From Macrostomum lignano (lineage: Eukaryota), in assembly GCA_002269645.1 (NCBI GenBank), contig NIVC01000059.1, forward strand, positions 434,001 to 498,000: a stretch of DNA of 64,000 bases, read 5' to 3'. Of the stretch, positions 58,310-64,000 are shown piece by piece; the stretch's first letter is position 1; each line of letters begins with the position of its first letter. Position numbers and translations under genes: made by a program. Below the pieces are notes generated by a model. The model was not told the DNA's origin and made no database searches. It worked only from the letters and a program-made list of their open reading frames with translations.

Positions 58310-58865
58310 TCCGCTTGGTTTGCGGTTGTGTTCTGTTGCAGTTCTGTTTGGTTTGCGGTTGTGTTTTGTTGCAGTTCTGTTTGGTTTGCGGTTGTGTTTT
58401 GTTGCAGTTCTGTTTGGTTTGCGGTTGTGTTTTGTTGCAGTTCTGTTTGGTTTGCGGTTGTGTTTTGTTGCAGTTCTGTTTGGTTTGCGGTTGTGTTTTG
58501 TTGCAGTTCTGTTTGGTTTGCGGTTTGTTTTTTGTTGCAGTTCTGTTTGGTTTGCGGTTTGTGTTTTGTTGCAGTTCTGTTTGGTTTGCGGTTGTGTTTT
58601 GTTGCAGTTCTGTTTGGTTTGCGGTTGTGTTTTGTTGCAGTTCTGTTTGGTTTGCGGTTGTGTTTTGTTGCAGTTCTGTTTGGTTTGCGGTTGTGTTTTG
58701 TTGCAGTTCTGTTTGGTTTGCGGTTGTGTTTTGTTGCAGTTCTGTTTGGTTTGCGGTTTGTTTTTTGTTGCAGTTCTGTTTGGTTTGCGGTTGTGTTTTG
58801 TTGCAGTTCTGTTTGGTTTGCGGTTGTGTTCTGTTGCAGTTCTGTTTGGTTTGCGGTTGTGTTTT
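58310..58865. repeat. 33-bp minisatellite (GGTTTGCGGTTGTGTTTTGTTGCAGTTCTGTTT)n, intronic
   Basis: About 17 units starting about 90 bp from the splice acceptor. Confidence 0.95.
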
Positions 58866-60579
58866 GTTTGAATTCCGCGTGTTCTGTTCGAATTTTGCGT
58901 ACTCTGTTTAAATTCCGCGTGTTCTGTTGCAGTTTTGAACTACTAGTATGTTGCTTTTATGGATTGGAAGTTGTACGAAGTATGTTATGCCGTGCTGTTT
59001 TAAAAAGTTATAAAGTGAGCTTCTGTAAAAATCAAGCCCGACTAAAATTCTACTTACAGAATTTTGATCTATAAAGTTCCAAAAATACAAACGCTACGAT
59101 TTTACCTAATCCGATTTTATGATCAAGTCGCGAAGAACAGCTACCAGATGGTAATGTAGTGACTGCCTGCTAACTGGCTATTCAGCAGCATTCACTAGCT
59201 TTCCCTAAGAGCTCTGTGATCCGCTGCACATCAGCTCAGTCCACCCTGTGCTGGGCCAAGGTGTTTACTGCCCGATGACGCATCGCCCGAGCAGGTGCGG
59301 GCAGCCACACACAATGTCTTCCCACTCGCGCTGAGGAGTGGGAAGACAGTGGGATGACTCATCACCTGCGCGGGTGTAATGGCTGCCTAGAGGGAGCCCA
59401 ATTTCTATTTTTAGCACAGAATAAGCACGTGACTGTGCACGCATGTTATGCGTGGCCGCTGACCTTGAATCACGCCACTGCTGCGTGACAGGGTTACCTT
59501 ATTTGGAAGTTGGCCCTGGATCACGCATCGCTCGCATGATTCTAAGGACCAAATAAGGAAGTTTCACGCGCTCACTGCATGAAACTCACGTGACTTTTGG
59601 AGTCTGATCGGCTATAAATACAGACCATTTGGGAGCCTTTTTCCTCCAGATCGCGTCGTCCTGCCTGGCCTCGACCGGAGCTGCCTCTCTGCCTCCGAGC
59701 TCTCCTCTCTCATTTCAGGATTTTGAGGTTTTTCAAGATCGAGCAGCAATCTTAGGAACGATCAACTGTCGAGACATTTTTCAGATTTGCCTTTGCTCCG
59801 AGCGACTTCGTTATTTTATTTCAGGTGACGGATAGACAACTCTGCCGACGCGTCGAGTCCGCACACCAAGGTGGCAGCAACCCTACCAAGTCTAAGGCTA
59901 ACATTTTAGGTTCTTTTCAGGCAAATCGATAGGTAGTACAACGGTACTATCTAGCTACTTCCGGAGCAGCGAGTTCTATTTCTAGGAACATCTTCAAGAA
60001 CTCGGGAAGGAGCGTAACAGTAACAACAGCTCGTGAGTTTTAAACCGATTGCGTTCAAATTGTACAACGGAATCGGGAATATCAACATTACATACATATT
60101 ATAGCTGCCGTAGCTTTGGTTCACTAACCATCAGCATTCTCGGGCCGCATTTCCGCACTGAACCGTAGAATACGTCAGTGCATGCCGCCTGCAACCACTG
60201 CGATAGCAATAAGCAATTACCAGGATTGATTTAGGGGAATGAGAACCCACCCTGGTTTTCTAGTGGATTTTGCACGCCTGATCAAACCTAGTAATGGGAA
60301 TAATCTAATTTTATTGTGCCCGCATTCATCAAGAACGGAAGCTGGATTCGCACTTCATCGTGCAGTGACCGAACGATCCGACACCCCTCCACCCTTTACT
60401 GTTGCCTCGCTGAGAAACTGATTAATCAATGTGAAATTCTTCACCATTTAACACTTTGAGCTGGATGTCTGATAAGATGGTTCTTTGGATTTGGGCGATT
60501 TATTATTGCTTTTTCAGTGACTTCAGTTTAAGGCAATTGGATCACTGTGGTACACCACAGTAGTCCTTGGTTTAAGGTT

Positions 60580-61210
60580 TGTGAAGATCAGTTAGTGACC
60601 GAGTATTAGGTTTGTGAAGATCAGTTAGTGACCGAGTATACTAGGTTCGTGAAGGTAAGTTAGTGACCGAGAATTAGGTTTGTGAAGATCAGTTAGTGAC
60701 CGAGAATTAGGTTTGTAGAGCTAAGTTAGTGACCGAGAATTAGGTTTGTAGAGGTAAGTTAGTGACCGAGAATTAGTTTTGTAGAGCTAAGTTAGTGACC
60801 GAGAATTAGGTTTGTAGAGGTAAGTTAGTGACCGAGAATTTGGTTTGTGAAGATCAGTTAGTGACCGAGAATATTAGGTTTGTGAAGATCAGTTAGTGAC
60901 CGAGTATATTAGGTTTGTGAAGATCAGTTAGTGACCGAGTATATTAGGTTTGTGAAGATCAGTTAGCGACCGAGTATATTAGGTTTGTGAAGATCAGTTA
61001 GTGACCGAGTATATTACGTTTGTGAAGATCAGTTAGTGACCGAGTATATTAGGTTTGTGAAGATCAGTTAGCGACCGAGTATATTAGGTTTGTGAAGATC
61101 AGTTAGTGACCGAGTATATTAGGTTTGTGAAGATCAGTTAGTGACCGAGAATTAGGTTTATGGAGATCAGTTAGGGACCGAGAATTTGGTTTGTAAAGGT
61201 AAGTTAGTGA
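60580..61210. repeat. 33-35-bp minisatellite (GTTTGTGAAGATCAGTTAGTGACCGAGTATATTAG)n, intronic
   Basis: About 18 units with variants. Confidence 0.93.
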
Positions 61211-61370
61211 TTAAATTTTTAGATTTCAAAATAGTCGTTGGACTAACAAGTGACTATTTCAGTGACCTTCATTTTGTTTTTGGCGGTAGCTAAGACTTCC
61301 CCAGTCACAGTTAGAACGACAAAAAGTCAAATGTTACATGTAGTGCAGTCAGGGGAAGACACCATCTTAC

Positions 61371-61508
61371 TTGTCAATCCAAACAGAGCGGCAGCGGCCC
61401 TTTTAAACGTAAACCTGGGATTTCTTAGCGAGTAAACGGCGAACAGGTTGGACAGGACCAGCATCAGCAGACTCATGCCCACGAAGGACACGGCGGTGCG
61501 TAGCATGG
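61371..61508 (-). CDS. Claudin/PMP22-like protein, internal exon (TM2 to start of TM3); upstream exons not found in the window
   Basis: ccgcag|CC acceptor and A|GTAAGA donor; MLRTAVSFVGMSLLMLVLSNLFAVYSLRNPRFTFKRAAAALFGLT; frame absent from the ORF track. Confidence 0.7.
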
Positions 61509-61864
61509 CTGCGGATGTTCCAACGGGGCAAGGTTGATTAAATGCTAATTAGCCGCTAGTGCAAAAGTTGGGAGCCATTTTGATTTTTTGATTCCACTTT
61601 CTTCCTGCAGCAAAAATATGTGTTTCTCTTCACCATCCAACGAATCAGAAGACATGGCCTTTTTTTAATGGCTTTGATTGCGAGAGGCAGCCTGACACAA
61701 CGCCTTAGGCAAACTTTCATTGTCCCACAACCTGCGCTGAGACAGTTCTGTCCATTCCGCTGACTCCTGATCGAGCACATGCAGGCGCGCCAATGCTGTA
61801 CACAGGCACGTACTCAAGCACACAGGGTGTACTTTTGCACACCAGCCCGGGCAAATGAATGTGG

Positions 61865-62005
61865 GGCCACGCACGGAATCGAACCAGGGGTCGTGACGCG
61901 AGAGTCAGACGCTTTTACCGCTCTCAAAATGCTTTGATGCTGTAAATTAAGTCTTTTAGTCATTACAAAATCCATCATAGAACTCAACGCCATACTGCAG
62001 TGATT
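61865..62005 (-). mobile_element. tRNA-derived interspersed repeat, copy B
   Basis: GGAATCGAACCAGGGGT and TGTAAATTAAGTC..CATAGAACTCA..ATACTGCAGTGATTAC are shared with copy A. Confidence 0.65.
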
Positions 62006-62132
62006 ACTCAACTGGTCACGTGATCGTCTAGCTGCCGTTTCAGTCCGCTGCCGAATAGGTGAACGAGCACGTAGTCGTACGTTTTGGCGCCCACTGCGGG
62101 TGGCAATGAGTTTACGAATTGAATCATTGTGG

Positions 62133-63855
62133 CTCAGTCATTCAGTCAGTCAGTCAGTCAGTCAGTCAGTCAGTCAGTCAGTCAGTCAGTCAGTCAGTCA
62201 TTCAGTCAGTCAGTCAGTCAGTCAGTCAGTCAGTCAGTCAGTCAGTCAGTCAGTCAGTCATTCATTCAGTCAGTCAGTCAGTCAGTCAGTCAGTCAGTCA
62301 GTCAGTCAGTCAGTCAGTCAGTCAGTCAGTCAGTCAGTCAGTCAGTCATTCAGTCAGTCAGTCAGTCAGTCATTCAGTCAGTCAGTCAGTCAGTCAGTCA
62401 GTCAGTCAGTCAGTCAGTCAGTCAGTCAGTCAGTCAGTCAGTCAGTCAGTCAGTCAGTCAGTCATTCAGTCAGTCAGTCAGTCAGTCATTCAGTCAGTCA
62501 GTCAGTCAGTCAGTCAGTCAGTCAGTCAGTCAGTCAGTCAGTCAGTCAGTCAGTCAGTCAGTCAGTCAGTCAGTCAGTCAGTCAGTCAGTCAGTCAGTCA
62601 GTCAGTCAGTCAGTCAGTCAGTCAGTCAGTGAGTCAGTGAGTCAGTGAGTCAGTCAGTCAGTCAGTCAGTCAGTCAGTCAGTCAGTCAGTCATTCAGTCA
62701 GTCAGTCAGTCAGTCAGTCAGTCAGTCAGTCAGTCAGTCAGTCAGTCAGTCAGTCAGTCAGTCAGTCAGTCAGTCATTCAGTCAGTCAGTCAGTCAGTCA
62801 GTCAGTCAGTCAGTCAGTCAGTCAGTCAGTCAGTCAGTCAGTCAGTCAGTCAGTCAGTCAGTCAGTCAGTCAGTCAGTCATTCAGTCAGTCAGTCAGTCA
62901 GTCATTCAGTCAGTCAGTCAGTCAGTCAGTCAGTCAGTCAGTCAGTCAGTCAGTCAGTCAGTCAGTCAGTCAGTCAGTCAGTCAGTCAGTCAGTCAGTCA
63001 GTCAGTCAGTCAGTCAGTCAGTCAGTCAGTCAGTGAGTCAGTGAGTCAGTGAGTCAGTCAGTCAGTCAGTGAGTGAGTCAGTGAGTCAGTCAGTCAGTGA
63101 GTCAGTGAGTCAGTCAGTCAGTCAGTCAGTCAGTCAGTCAGTCAGTCAGTCAGTCAGTCAGTCAGTCAGTCAGTCAGTCAGTCATTCAGTCAGTCAGTCA
63201 GTCAGTCAGTCAGTCAGTCAGTCAGTCAGTCAGTCAGTCAGTCAGTCAGTCAGTCAGTCAGTCAGTCAGTCAGTCAGTCAGTCAGTCAGTCAGTCAGTCA
63301 GTCAGTCAGTCAGTCAGTCAGTCAGTCAGTCAGTCAGTCAGTCAGTCAGTCAGTCAGTCAGTCAGTCAGTCAGTCAGTCAGTCAGTCAGTCAGTCAGTCA
63401 GTCAGTCAGTGAGTCAGTGAGTCAGTCAGTCAGTGAGTCAGTCAGTCAGTCAGTCAGTGAGTCAGTGAGTCAGTCAGTCAGTCAGTCAGTCAGTCATTCA
63501 GTCAGTCAGTCAGTCAGTCAGTCAGTCAGTCAGTCAGTCAGTCAGTCAGTCAGTCAGTCAGTCAGTCAGTCACTCAAGTCAGTCAGTCAGTCAGTCAGTC
63601 AGTCAGTCAGTCAGTCAGTCAAGTCAGTCATTCAGTCAGTCAGTCAGTCAGTCAGTCAGTCAGTCAGTCAGTCAGTCAGTCAGTCAGTCAGTCAGTCAGT
63701 CAGTCAGTCAGTCAGTCAGTCAGTCAGTCAGTCAGTCAGTCAGTCAGTCATTCAGTCAGTCAGTCAGTCAGTCAGTCAGTCAGTCAGTCAGTCAGTCAGT
63801 CAGTCAGTCAGTCAGTCAGTCAGTCAGTCAGTCAGTCAGTCAGTCAGTCAGTCAG
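62133..63855. repeat. (TCAG)n microsatellite, about 1.7 kb, with TCAT and TGAG variants
   Basis: Direct reading. Confidence 0.99.
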
Positions 63856-64000
63856 ATCACAGCTACTTCAGTAGTTAGTAATGCAGGTTCCTAAGGCTAA
63901 TAAAAACTTTAATTCATAAAAAATCAAATGTCAAAGCCAGTCCACAGGGCCACCTCGACGCTCTTTGGCTCACATTTTTGAGGTTTACTGCAACTTTAAC

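Noticed and set aside
59150-59945. Possible solo LTR (TATAAATA, TGT..ACA)
   Set aside because: No TSD and no second copy; unresolved without a repeat library
60580-61210. CRISPR-like regular 33-35-bp repeats (also 1-567 and 58310-58865)
   Set aside because: Head-to-tail units with no unique spacers, no cas genes and a eukaryotic context
58212-63878. Long Cys/Val-rich and SVSQ ORFs
   Set aside because: Translations of the 33-bp minisatellite and the (TCAG)n array

Overview
Eukaryotic (animal) genomic DNA with spliced genes, GC-rich low-complexity exons, AT-rich introns and many mini- and microsatellites. The style resembles the flatworm Macrostomum, but that is inference only. Host genes reconstructed by hand from GT..AG sites with consistent phases: a 2-exon divergent homeobox gene (-), intronless STYXL1 (+), a 3-exon N-acylated globin X-like gene (-), a 1292-aa single-exon ORF with a possible degenerate BTB-BACK module (+), an unknown 241-aa ORF (-), a 2-exon 252-aa orphan (+), a 2-exon calmodulin-like gene (-), a 3-exon DEG/ENaC channel (-), and the last two exons of a claudin/PMP22-like gene (-). 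Mobile DNA: a nested Tc1/IS630 + Crypton-like + Tc1 composite, a Mutator-like MITE with a 9-bp TSD, a near full-length Gypsy element in a DEG/ENaC intron, an RNase H-bearing R1/LOA-type LINE, an RT-less Gypsy remnant, tRNA-derived repeats and palindromic MITE-like elements. No CRISPR array, rRNA or intact tRNA was seen. The strongest leads are unusual substitutions in conserved protein motifs and the palindrome-flanked tyrosine-recombinase composite. No databases were searched; family calls rest on recalled motifs.
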